Part shown: positions 38,325-53,800 of the stretch, piece by piece
Numbering within the stretch: the stretch's first letter is position 1
How the letters are laid out: each line of letters starts with the position of its first letter
NCBI GenBank assembly: GCA_964016885.1
Contig: OZ024740.1
Span: 35,154,001 to 35,218,000 of the forward strand
Source: Eledone cirrhosa
Taxonomy: Eukaryota
Direction: 5' to 3'
DNA: 64,000 bases
Notes under the pieces: generated by a model
The model's database searches: none
What the model saw: only the letters and a program-made list of their open reading frames with translations
Told to the model about the DNA's origin: nothing
Program-made: the position numbers and the translations under genes

Positions 38325-38685
38325 AGTCTTTGGTCTCATCTCACCATTAAAAGACTGAAGTCGTCCACTAGCCATGGTCCACTCACAAGTAAACCTGAGG
38401 TATAAAATAACAACAGCAACGACCTATTCATCAGCTCCCCACCCTTCACATAATCGTCGATGGCAAAAACCTGAAATATGTAGTAACATTCAGATATTTG
38501 TAAACAAATACTTCTCTTGAGGATAAAATGGTCAAACGCGTAACCTACGTTACAAATCCTTTCGGCAAACTTCGTCATCATCTGTGAGATAAACGGGTAA
38601 CATCATTGAAAACAAAAATGAAAGCCTACCTAGCTATAGTCTTTTCCACTCTCCAATACGGATCGGAATCTTGGACTCCTGTCGA
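38325..38685 (+). mobile_element. RTE-like LINE RT fragment (decayed)
   Basis: Relics KTEVV, IIVDGKNLKYV, FGKLRHHL and LKTKMKAYLAIVFSTLQYGSESWT. Confidence 0.7.
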
Positions 38686-38921
38686 TCACACAATAACCGA
38701 CTTGATGTTTTTCATAAGCGATGTTTTTGGACCATTTATGGATGATGCTTAAATGACGGAATTTCAAATATTGATCTATTTTGTAAATGTAAAATTGGTG
38801 CCATTGAATCCTTTCTTTATCAAGGGGTGTATGTGAAGACATATACCATAATTCATCGCTGCATAGATATCACAGAGAATACATTGGAGAATTTATTTAT
38901 TTCGTAAAGTAAATAATCCAA

Positions 38922-39225
38922 GGTACTGCTGCACGTCGGTCTGAGGAGGCCAAACTCTCCAAATACCGGTCGCTCTCCGACAGGTTCGTGGTCGTGCCCT
39001 TGGCAGTGGAGACTTCTGGTGTCCTTGGCCCTAAGGCTATCTCCCTAATCCCCACCATAGGCGCTGAGCTAGCCAGCCGCAGGTGTGAGCCTCGCGAGTT
39101 AGAATGGCTCTTCCAGCGCATCTCCCTTACCATCCTCCGAGGAAATGCCTTCTCTATCCTGTCCGCCGGGGTTGTGGGGAGGCCAGCACGTGGGACCCCA
39201 TTTGCCCACCATTCGGATTAATAGG
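38922..39225 (+). mobile_element. CRE-like LINE 3' fragment
   Basis: VVPLAVETSGVLGPKA...WLFQRISLTILRGNAFSIL, the C-terminus of the RLE domain. Continues the 33227-33620 protein. Confidence 0.8.
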
Positions 39226-39392
39226 CAAAGTCCATATTATTATAAAGCGAATCGTTATTTATGTACAGAATACTATATTTTTCTTTAACTATATATATGA
39301 TATTTTTTTATTTACAGTGACTAAACTATTACGTTACTAGTGAATTCAATCTCTTTCACAACCAAACTCAATATTTCAGTTACAAATATCAA

Positions 39393-39579
39393 GGTGAATT
39401 GGCAGTATCGGTAGAGAGTCGGACACCATGCTTTGAAGCATAGAGTTACGTGCCTTTATGATCTGATTTCAAATCCCGCCGAGGTTAACTTTGCCTTTCA
39501 TCCTTACGGGGTCGATAAAATAAAGTACCAGTAATACACTGGGTAATTGCTGGCCTTGTGCCAAAAGTAGAAACAATTA
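39393..39579 (+). mobile_element. SINE family A
   Basis: Full consensus match. Confidence 0.85.
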
Positions 39580-41285
39580 TATATTTAACAAAGAATTTCA
39601 GAACACTCCGGCTTCTCATGAAGAATCCATTATTACGTCATTATATAATGCGTTAAACTCGTCCAGGATTCTAGTCTATATTCTTAATGTTGCCGTCGTT
39701 GATTTCATAAAAATAATCACCCATCTTTACTTCATGTTCCATTGTAGTCACGTGTGGAAAGTCTTGTATCATGCAGCACTGTCAAGAGACATTATAAAGT
39801 AATGCAACATATATTTAGCGGAAGTTTGATATGTATCATATCTCTCGCTGTTCATCATAAACAAAAGATCTATCTGCAGAAATAGACACGTTTTTACTGA
39901 TAAACTGATAAACTATAAAATATCTGCAAATTACATCCGTTTGGCATATATATAAACAGTCTACACCAACAGATATATCTGCAAAGAAAAACAAATATGA
40001 ATAAGCTTACTATGTTCAGACTAAGCAACATTCAGGCCAGTAACAAATCACATGTCAGTGGGGAAAGGAATTAAAATGCATTAAGCAATCAAATTAATAT
40101 AAGTAAGTGTGTGTATGTGTGTGTATGTACGACCATCCAATAAAGTTTTTTTTTGTGGAACGAGGGACCCCTAATCTTCATAAGACATCTCGCGAGGAGA
40201 AGGTCACTCTGATATAAAACATGCAATTTCATTTGCATCCAATGATGTAGATTAGTTCTTCTTTTTGGGTAAATGCATTTGATGTTCAGAGAGTGATATT
40301 GACCCCGTGCAAAGCCTTTCCTTACTTAAAAAAGTTTCAAGCACAGGCCTCGCTTGATATATGACATTTTTTGCGATACATGGCATTGGTGGCGATAGGC
40401 AAGTCCCCAGCAGAACTAAAAAACCACATCCACGATACTCATGCTTGAGTATCAAGCGAGGGAATTACTCGAAATCGAGTTGCAGCCATCATGTTTGCGT
40501 ATGCATATATGTGCGTATGAATGGATGTGTGTATATAGTTTATTAAGGCTGATCCGGTAACCTGTTTCATTGCAGGGGAAATTCCAGAGCAACTGGTTAC
40601 TGGATCAAGTTGAATAAACTATTAATCTTTACTATGGTAGAGATGCTCGTGTCCGCCAATACTAAACCTATATCTCCGATATATATTTATAAATATATAT
40701 CTCTGTAGTTACTTTCCTTAACACATGCGCAATGATATTTACGAAATAACATCGAAACTAGGCAACAGCTTATGTGCAAAAACAAACGTGTCATTTTCAG
40801 GAGTTTACTTTTACACAATGTCGTTTACTTAGAGAAATATGTTGTCATACTACTGCTGAGGCAGCTGTATATGATCAAAGCTTAAAACACTCACACTTAG
40901 ATTTATATATGTTTGATATACATAAACTTATTGTGTATATTTCCATATACACCTCTATTATGAATCCCGCTGTGTAATCTTAACATGTCATACTTAAACT
41001 ATGTGTAAATGAGCATCTCCCAAAGTATATTATTCACCTCAATACCTCGTTAGTAAACGTCACTCAGGATGGATAAAGATACTGAAAACTAGTTAACAGT
41101 GATCATATCACAACTGCCTCAGTAATCCCACGATTACTGAGGCAATTGTGACATGATCACTGTTTAAAACATCCACAGCGAGACTTGTGTATGATTATTA
41201 TCCATAAACATATTCTATGTACTTCGATATACATCTCTACTTTTAATCACGCTCTATTAGTGTTACTGTTAAGTGCGTGATGGTC

Positions 41286-41470
41286 TGGATTGGCAGTACG
41301 GTGGAGCATCAGACGCCATGCTTTGACGCATAGAGTTACGGCCCTTATCATTCTGAGTTCAAATCCCGCCGAGGTTAACTTTGCCTTTCATCCTTACGGG
41401 GTCGATAAAGTAAAGTACAAGTAATGTACTGTGTATTTGCTGGCCTTGTGCCAAAAGTAGAAACAATTAT
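41286..41470 (+). mobile_element. SINE family A
   Basis: Full consensus match. Confidence 0.85.
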
Positions 41471-41854
41471 TTTCATCCTTTCTAAGTCAATAAATAAGGG
41501 ACTAGTACAGGAGTTTAACTCTTCCTTTATCTCTCTCTCTCTCTCTCTCTCTCTCTGGAAGAAATCGGCTGAGTTCAAATCTGGAGAGAGATGGGTTCTG
41601 CCATGTTCAAATGCCCAAAACGCTGTGTCATGAAAGTATAGCGAGAATTTGATGATCGTATTGGTAGGTGAATGTGTTGTGGTGTTGATTCGTTTGTTTC
41701 ATGTGTGCTCACTTGTAGCTTGCTGTGTGCTGTGGTTACTACATGATGGAGCCGACAAATATATATTGAGTTAAGAACACAGAGTAGTCCCTTGCAATTA
41801 AATAGCTCTAAGAAAAAAGCTTTTCCGAGCCGTACAATATAATTGAATAAACAA

Positions 41855-44800
41855 ATAAACACTACACCACTCTCTATCACTGATATAAACACTACACCAC
41901 ACTTTACTCCTGATATAAATAATACACCACTCTCTATCCCTGATATAAACACTACATCACTCTCTATCCCTGATATGAACACTACACCACTCTCTATCCC
42001 TGATATAAACACTACATCACTCTCTATCTCTGATATAAATACTACATAACTCTCTATCCCTGATATAAACACTACATCACTCTCTATCTCTGATATAAAC
42101 ACTACATCACTCTCTATCCCTGATATAAATACCACACCACTCTCTATCCCTGATACAAACACGACACCATTCTCTATCCCTGATATAAACACTACACCAC
42201 TCTCTATCACTGATATGAACACTACACCACTCTCGATCCCTGATATAAACACTACACCACTCTCTATCCCTGATATAAACACTACATCACTCTCTATCTC
42301 TGATATAAACACTACATCACTCTCTATCCCTGATATAAATACTACACCACTCTCTATCCCTGATACAAACACTACATCACTCTTGACTCTTGATATAAAC
42401 ACTACAAGAGTCTCTATTCCTGATATAAATACTACACCACTCTCTATCGCTGATATAGACACTACACCACTCTCTATCCCTGATATAAACACTACACCAA
42501 ACTCTATCCCACATATAAACACTACAACGCTCTCTATTCATCATATAAACACTACACCACTCTCTATTCCTGATATAAACACTACACCACTCTCTATCCT
42601 TGATATAAACACTACATCACTCTCTATCCCTGATATAAATACCACACCACTCTCTATCCCTGATACAAACACGACACCATTCTCTATCCCTGATATAAAC
42701 ACTACACCACTCTCTATCACTGATATGAACACTACACCACTCTCGATCCCTGATATAAACACTACACCACTCTCTATCCCTGATATAAACACTACATCAC
42801 TCTCTATCTCTGATATAAACACTACATCACTCTCTATCCCTGATATAAATACTACACCACTCTCTATCCCTGATACAAACACTACATCACTCTTGACTCT
42901 TGATATAAACACTACAAGAGTCTCTATTCCTGATATAAATACTACACCACTCTCTATCGCTGATATAGACACTACACCACTCTCTATCCCTGATATAAAC
43001 ACTACACCAAACTCTATCCCACATATAAACACTACAACGCTCTCTATTCATCATATAAACACTACACCACTCTCTATTCCTGATATAAACACTACACCAC
43101 TCTCTATCCTTGATATAAACACTACATCACTCTCTATCCCTGATATAAACTCTACATCACTCTTTATTCCTGATATAAACACTACACCACTCTCTATCCC
43201 TGATATAAACACTACATCACTCATTACTCCTGATGTAAACACTACACCACTCTTTATCCTTGATATAAACACTACACCACTCTCTATCCCTGATATAAAG
43301 ACCACACCACTCTCTATCCCTGATATAAACACAACACCACTCTCTATCCTTGATATAAACACTACACCACTCTTTACTCCTGATATAAACACTACACCAC
43401 TATTTACTCCTGATATAAACACTACACCACTCTTTATCCCTGATATAAAGACCACATCTCTCTCTAACCCTGATATAAACATGACATCACTCTCTATTCC
43501 TGATATAAACACTACACCACTCTCTATCCCTGATATAAACACTACATCACACTCTATCCCTGATATAAACGCAACACCACTCTCTATCCCTGATATAAAC
43601 ATGACATCACTCTCTATTCCTGATATAAACACTACACCACTCTCTATCCCTGATATAAACACTACATCACTCTCTATCCCTGATATAAACACTACACCAC
43701 TCTCTATCCCTGATATAAAAACTACACCACTCTCTATCCCTGATATAAACAATACATCACTCTTTACACCTGATATAAACACTACACCACTCTTTATCCT
43801 TGATATAAACACTACACCACTCTCTATCCCTGATATAAACACTACACCACTCTCTATCCCTGATATAAACACTACACCACTCTCTATCCCTGATATAAAC
43901 ACTACACCACTCTTTACACCTGATATAAACACTACACCACTCTCTATCCCTGATATAAAGACCACATCACTCTCTATCCCTGATATAAACACTACACCAC
44001 TCTCTATCCCTGATATAATCACTACACCACTCTCTATTTCCTGATATAAACACTACACCACTCTCTATCCCTGATATAAACACTACACCACTCTCTATCC
44101 CTGATATAAAGACCACATCACTCTCTATCCCTGATATAATCACTACACCACTCTCTATCCCTGATATAAACACTACATCACTCTTTACTCCTGATGTAAA
44201 CACTACACCACTCTTTGTCCTTGATATAAACACTACCCCACTCTCTATCCCTGATATAAACACTACACCACTCTTTACTCCTGATATAAACACCACAACA
44301 CTCTCTTTTACTGATATATACACACAACACCACTCTCTATCCTTGATATAAACACTACACCACTCTTTACTCCTGATATAAATTCTACACCACGCTATAT
44401 CCCTGATATAAAGACCACATCACTCTCCAGCCCTGATATAAACATGACATCACTCTCTATTCCTGATATAAACACTACACCACTCTCTATCCCTGATATA
44501 AACACTACATCACTCTTTACTCCTGATATAAATTCTACACCACGCTATATCCCTGATATAAAGACCACATCACTCTTCAGCCCTGATATAAGCATGACAT
44601 CACTCTCTATTCCTGATATAAACAGTACACCACTCTCTATTCCTGATATAAACACTACATCACACTCTATCCCTGATATAAACGCAAAACCACTCTCTAT
44701 CCCTGTTATAAACACTACACCACACTATATCCCTGATATAAACATTACACCACTCTCTACCCCTGATATAAATTCTACATCACTCCTGACTCCTGATATG

Positions 44801-47800
44801 AACACTACACGACTCTCTATCCCTGATGTGAACACTACACCACTCTCTATCCATGATATAAAAACGACACCACTCTTTACTACAGATATAAACACCACAC
44901 CACTCTCTATCCCAGATATAAACATTATATCAATCTCTGTCCCTGATATCAACACTACATCACTCTCTATCCCTGATATAAACACTACATCACTCTCTAT
45001 CCCTGATATAAACACTACAACACACTTCATTCCTGATATAAACACTACGCCTCTATTTATTCCTGATAAAAACACTACACCACTCTCTCTTCCTGATATA
45101 AACATAACATCACTCTTTACTCCCCTGATATTAACACTACACCATTCTCTATTCCTGATATAAACGCTACACCACTATCTATCACTGATATAAACACTAC
45201 ACAACTCTTTATTCCTGATATAAACACTACACCACTCCCTATCCCTGATATAAACACTATACCACTCTCTATACCTGATATAAACACTACACCACTCCCT
45301 ATCCCTGATATAAACACTACACCACTCTCTTTTACTGATATATACACACAGCACCACTCTCTATCTTTGATATAAACACTACATGACTCTTTATGCCTGA
45401 TATAAACACTACACCACTCTTTACTCCTGATATAACCACTACATTACTGTTTACTTCTGATATAAACACTACATCACTCTCTATCCTTGATATAAACACT
45501 ACACCACTCTTTACTCCTGATATAAACACTACATCACTGTTTACTTCTGATATAAACACTACATCACTCTCTATCCCTGATATAAACACTACACCACTCT
45601 CTATCCCTGATATAAACATTACACCACTCTCTATCCCTGATATAATCACTACACCACTCTCTATCCCTGATATAAACACTACACCACTCTCTATCACTGA
45701 TATAAACATTACACCACTCTCTACCCCTGATATAATCACTACACCACTCTCTATCCCTGATATAAAGACCACACCACTCTCTATCCCTGATATAAACAAT
45801 ACATCACTCTTTACACCTGATATAAACACTACACCACTCTTTATCCTTGATATAAACACTACACCACTCTCTATCCCTGATATAAACACTACACCACTCT
45901 CTATCCCTGATATAAACACTACACCACTCTCTATCCCTGATATAAACACTACACCACTCTTTACACCTGATATAAACACTACACCACTCTCTATCCCTGA
46001 TATAAAGACCACATCACTCTCTATCCCTGATATAAACACTACACCACTCTCTATCCCTGATATAATCACTACACCACTCTCTATTTCCTGATATAAACAC
46101 TACACCACTCTCTATCCCTGATATAAACACTACACCACTCTCTATCCCTGATATAAACACTACACCACTCTCTATCCCTGATATAAACACTACATCACTC
46201 TTTACTCCTGATATAAACACTACAACACTCTCTTTTACTGATATATACACACAACACCACTCTCTATCCTTGATATAAACACTACACCACTCTTTACTCC
46301 TGATATAAATTCTACACCACGCTATATCCCTGATATAAAGACCACATCACTCTCCAGCCCTGATATAAACATGACATCACTCTCTATTCCTGATATAAAC
46401 ACTACACCACTCTCTATCCCTGATATAAACACTACATCACTCTTTACTCCTGATATAAATTCTACACCACGCTATATCCCTGATATAAAGACCACATCAC
46501 TCTCCAGCCCTGATATAAGCATGACATCACTCTCTATTCCTGATATAAACACTACATCACACTCTATCCCTGATATAAACGCAAAACCACTCTCTATCCC
46601 TGTTATAAACACTACACCACACTATATCCCCGATATAAACACTACACCACTCTCTACCCCTGATATAAATTCTACATCACTCCTGACTCCTGATATGAAC
46701 ACTACACGACTCTCTATCCCTGATGTGAACACTACACCACTCTCTATCCATGATATAAAAACGACACCACTCTTTACTACAGATATAAACACCACACCAC
46801 TCTCTATCCCAGATATAAACATTATATTAATCTCTATCCCTGATATTAACACTACATCACTCTCTATCCCTGATATAAACACTACATCACTCTCTATCCC
46901 TGATATAAACACTACAACACACTTCATTCCTGATATAAACACTACGCCTCTATTTATTCCTGATAAAAACACTACACCACTCTCTCTTCCTGATATAAAC
47001 ATAACATCACTCTTTACTCCCCTGATATTAACACTACACCATTCTCTATTCCTGATATAAACGCTACACCACTATCTATCACTGATATAAACACTACACC
47101 ACTCTTTATTCCTGATATAAACACTACACCACGCCCTATCCCTGATATAAACACTATACCACTCTCTATACCTGATATAAACACTACACCACTCCCTATC
47201 CCTGATATAAACACAACACCACTCTCTTTTACTGATATATACACACAGCACCATTCTCTATCTTTGATATAAACACTACATGACTCTTTATGCCTGATAT
47301 AAACACTACACCACTCTTTACTCCTGATATAACCACTACATTACTGTTTACTTCTGATATAAACACTACATCACTCTCTATCCTTGATATAAACACTACA
47401 CCACTCTTTACTCCTGATATAAACACTACATCACTGTTTACTTCTGATATAAACACTACATCACTCTCTATCCCTGATATAAACACTACACCACTCTCTA
47501 TCCCTGATATAAACATTACACCACTCTCTATCCCTGATATAATCACTACACCACTCTCTATCCCTATATAAACACTACACCACTCTCTATCACTGATATA
47601 AACATTACACCACTCTCTACCCCTGATATAATCACTACACCACTCTCTATCCCTGATATAAAGACCACACCACTCTCTATCCCTGATATAAACAATACAT
47701 CACTCTTTACACCTGATATAAACACTACACCACTCTTTATCCTTGATATAAACACTACACCACTCTCTATCCCTGATATAAACACTACACCACTCTCTAT

Positions 47801-50800
47801 CCCTGATATAAACACTACACCACTCTTTACACCTGATATAAACACTACACCACTCTCTATCCCTGATATAAAGACCACATCACTCTCTATCCCTGATATA
47901 AACACTACACCACTCTCTATCCCTGATATAATCACTACACCACTCTCTATTTCCTGATATAAACACTACACCACTCTCTATCCCTGATATAAACACTACA
48001 CCACTCTCTATCCCTGATATAAAGACCACATCACTCTCTATCCCTGATATAATCACTACACCACTCTCTATTTCCTGATAAAAACACTACACCACTCTCT
48101 ATCCCTGATATAAACACTACACCACTCTCTATCCCTGATATAAACACTACATCACTCTTTACTCCTGATGTAAACACTACACCACACTTTGTCCTTGATA
48201 TAAACACTACCCCACTCTCTATCCCTGATATAAACACTACACCACTCTTTACTCCTGATATAAACACTACAACACTCCCTTTTACTGATATATACACACA
48301 ACACCACTCTCTATCCTTGATATAAACACTACACCACTCTTTACTCCTGATATAAACTCTACACCACGCTATATCCCTGATATAAAGACCACATCACTCT
48401 CCAGCCCTGATATAAACATGACATCACTCTCTATTCCTGATATAAACACTACACCACTCTCTATCCCTGATATAAACACTACATCACTCTCTACTCCTGA
48501 TATAAATTCTACACCACGCTATATCCCTGATATAAAGACCACATCACTCTCCAGCCCTGATATAAGCATGACATCACTCTCTATTCCTGATATAAACACT
48601 ACACCACTCTCTATTCCTGATATAAACACTACATCACACTCTATCCCTGATATAAACGCAAAACCACTCTCTATCCCTGTTATAAACACTACACCACACT
48701 ATATCCCTGATATAAACACTACACCACTCTCTACCCCTGATATAAATTCTACATCACTCCTGACTCCTGATATGAACACTACACGACTCTCTATCCCTGA
48801 TGTGAACACTACACCACTCTCTATCCATGATATAAAAACGACACCACTCTTTACTACAGATATAAACACCACACCACTCTCTATCCAAGATATAAACATT
48901 ATATCAATCTCTATCCCTGATATCAACACTACATCACTCTCTATCCCTGATATAAACACTACATCACTCTCTATCCCTGATATAAACACTACAACACACT
49001 TCATTCCTGATATAAACACTACGCCTCTATTTATTCCTGATAAAAACACTACACCACTCTCTCTTCCTGATATAAACATAACATCACTCTTTACTCCCCT
49101 GATATTAACACTACACCATTCTCTATTCCTGATATAAACGCTACACCACTATCTATCACTGATATAAACACTATACCACTCTTTATTCCTGATATAAACA
49201 CTACACCACTCCCTATCCCTGATATAAACACTATACCACTCTCTATACCTGATATAAACACTACACCACACCCTATCCCTGATATAAACACTACACCACT
49301 CTCTTTTACTGATATATACACACAGCACCACTCTCTATCTTTGATATAAACACTACATGACTCTTTATGCCTGATATAAACACTACACCACTCTCTATCC
49401 CTGATATAAACATTACACCACTCTCTATCCCTGATATAATCACTACACCACTCTCTATCCCTATATAAACACTACACAACTCTCTATCCCTGATATAAAC
49501 TTGACATCACTCTCTTTTCCTGATATAATCACTACACAACTCTCTATCCCTGATATAAACACCACATCACTCTTTACTCCTGATATAAACACTACATCAC
49601 TCTTAACTCCTGATATAAACGCTACACCACTCTCTATTCCTGATATAAACACTACACCAGTGGCTATCCCTTATATAAACACTACATCATTCTATATCCC
49701 TGATATAAACACTACACCACTCTCTAATCTGATATAAACACTACACGACTCTCTCTTACTGATATAAACACAACACCACTCTCTATCTTTGATATAAACA
49801 CTACACCACTCTTTATTCCTGATATAAACACTACACCACTCTTTATTCTTGATATAAACACTACATCACTCTCTATCCCTGATATAAACACTACACCGCT
49901 CTCTATTGCTGATATAAACACTATATCATTCTTTACTCCTGATATAGACACTACACCACTCTTTATTCCTGATATAAAAACTATACCGCTCTCTATCTCT
50001 GATATAAACACTACACCACTCTCTATTCCTGATATAAGCACTACATCACTCTCTATCCCTGATATAAACACTACACCACTCTCTATCCCTGATATAAACA
50101 CCACACCACTCTCTATCCCTGATATGAACATTACACCACTCTCTATCCCTGATATAAACACTACATCACTCATAACTCCTGATGTAAACACTACACCACT
50201 CTTTATCCTTGATATAAACACTACACCACTCTCTATCCCTGATATAAAGACCACATCACTCTCTATCCCTGATATAAACATGACATCACTCTCTATACCT
50301 GATATAAACACTACACCACTCTCTACTCCTGATATAAACACTACATCACTCTTTAATCCTGATATAAACACTACATCACTCTCCATCCCTGATATAAACA
50401 CTACACCACGCTTTACTCCTGATATAAACACTACATCACTCTTTACTCCTGATATAAACACTACAACACTCTTTTACTGATAAATACACACAACACCACT
50501 CTCTATCCTTAATATAAACACTACACCACTCTTTACTCCTGATATAAACACTACACCACTATTTACTCCTGATATAAACACTACACCACTCTCTATCCCT
50601 GATATAAAGACCACATCTCTCTCTAACCCTGATATAAACATGACACCACTCCCAATCCCTGATATAAAAACTACACCACTCTGTATCCCTGATATAAACA
50701 CGACCCCACTCTCTATCCCTGATATAAACACTACACCACTCTCTATTTCCTGATATAAACACTACACCACTCTCTATCCCTGATATAAACACTACACCAC

Positions 50801-53800
50801 TCTTTACTCCTGATATAAACACTACATCACTCTTTACTCCTGATATAAACACTACACCACTCCCTGTTACTGATATATACACACAGCACCACTCTCTATC
50901 CTTGATATAAACACTACACCACTCTCTATTTCCTGATATAAACACTACACCACTCTCTATCCCTGATATAAACACTACACCACTATTTACTCCTGATATA
51001 AAGACCACAACACTCTCTAACCCTGATATAAATATGACATCACTCTCTATTCCTGATATAAGCAATACACCACTCTGTATCCATGATATAAACGCTACAT
51101 CACTCTTTACTCCTGATGTAAACACTACACAACTCTCTATTCCTGATATGAACACTACATCACTCTTTACTCCTGATGTAAACACTACACCACTCTTTGT
51201 CCTTGATATAAACACTACCCCACTCTCTATCCCTGATATAATCACTACACCACTCTCTATCCCTGATATAAACACTACACCACACTCTATCCCTGATATA
51301 AACACTACACCACACTTTACTCCTGATATAAACACTACATCACTCTCTACTGCTGATATAAACACTACAACAGGCTCTTTTACTGATATATACACACAGC
51401 ACCACTCTCTATCCTTGATATAAACACTACATGGCTCTTTATGCCTGATATAAACACTACACCACTCTTTACTCCTGATATAAAAACTACACCACTCTTT
51501 ACTCCTGATATAAACAATACATCACACTTTACTCCCCTGATATAAACACTACACCACTCTCTATCCCTGATATAAACACTACACCACTCTCTATCCCTGA
51601 TATAAACATTACACCACTCTCTATCCCTGATATAAACATTACACCACTCTCTATCCCTGATATAAACTTGACATCACTCTCTTTTCCTGATATAATCACT
51701 ACACAACTCTTATCCCTGATATAAACACTAAATCACTCTTTACTCCTGATATAAACACTACACCACTCTCTATTCCTGATATAAACACTACACCACTCTC
51801 TATTCTGATATAAACACTACACGACTCTCTCTTCCTGATATAAACACTACACCACTCACTATCTTTGATATAAACACTACACCACTCTTTATTCCTGATA
51901 TAAACACTACACCACTCTTTATTCCTGATATAAACACTACATCACTCTATATGCCTGATATAAACACTACACCGCTCTCTATTGCTGATATAAACACTAT
52001 ATCGTTCTTCACTCCTGATATAGACACTACACCACTCTCTATCCTGATATAAATACTATCCCGCTCTCTATCCCTGATATAAACACTACACCACTCTCTA
52101 TTCCTTATATAAGTACTACATCACTCTCTATCCCTGATATAAACACTACACCACTCTCTATCCCTGATATAATCACTACACCGCTCTCTATTCCTGACAT
52201 AAACACTTCATCACTCTCCATTCCTGATATAAACACTACACCTCTCGTTACTCTTTATATAAACACTACACCACTCTTTATTTCTGATATAAACACTACA
52301 CCACTCTCTATCCCTGATATAAACACTACACCACTCTCTATCCCTGATATAAACACGACACGTCTCGTTACTCCTGATATAAACACTACACCACTCTTTA
52401 TTTCTGATATAAACACTACACCACTCTCTATCCCTGATAGAAACACTACACCGCACTCTATTCCTGATATAAACACTAAATCACTCTCTATCCCTGATAT
52501 AAACGCTACACCACTCTCGATCCCTGATATAAACACTATGTCACTCTTTATACCTGATATAAACACTACACCACTCTCTATCCCCGATATAAAAAACAAT
52601 ACCACTCTCTATCTCTGATATAAACACTACACCACACTTTACTCCTGATATAAACACTACACCACTCTTTATTCCTGAAATAAACACTACACCACTCACT
52701 ATCCCTGATGTAAAGACTACACCACTCGTTACTCCTGATATAAACACTACACCACTCTTTATTCCTGATATAAACACTACACCACTCTTTATCCATGATA
52801 TAAACGCTACACAACTCTCTATTCCTGATATAAACACTACGCCACTCACTATCCCAGATATAAACGCTACACCACTCTCTATTCCTGATATAAACACTAC
52901 ACCACTCTCTATCCTTGATATATACGCTTCACCACTCTCTATTCCTTATATAAAAACCATATCACTCTTTACTCCTGATATAAACACTACACCAATCTTT
53001 ATTCCTGATATAAACAGTACACCACTCTCCATCCCTGATATAAATACTATACCGCTCTCTATCCCTGATATAAACACTACACCACTCTCTATTCCTGATA
53101 TAAACACTACACCACTCTTTACTCCTGGTATAAACACTACACTACTCTCTATCGCTGATATAAACACTACACCACTCTCTATCCCTGATATAAACACTAC
53201 ACCACTTTCTATCACTATATAAACACTACACTACACTCTATCCCTGATATAAACACTACACTACTCTCTATTCCTGATATAAACACTACACCGCTCTCTA
53301 TCCCTGATATATATACTACAATCCTCTTTATTCCTGATATAAACACTACACCACTCCCTATCCCTGATATAAATACTACACCTCTCTCTATCACTGATAT
53401 ATACACTACACCACTCTCTATCCTTGATATAAATACTACACCACTCTCTATCCCTGATATAAACACTATGTCACTCTCTATCCCTGATATAGACACTACA
53501 CCACTCTCTATCCCTGATATAAACACTAAACCGCTCTCTATTCCTGATATAAACACTTCATCACTCTCGATTCCTGATATAAACACTACACCACTCTTTA
53601 TTCCTGATATAAACACTACAACACTCTCTATCACTGATATTGACACTAAACGACTCTCTATCCCTGATATAGACACTACACCGCTCTCTATTCTTGATAT
53701 AAACACTACACCACTCTCTATCCCTGATATAAACAGTACACCACTCTCTATCCCTAATATAAACACTATACCGCTCTCTATCACTGATATTAACACTGCA

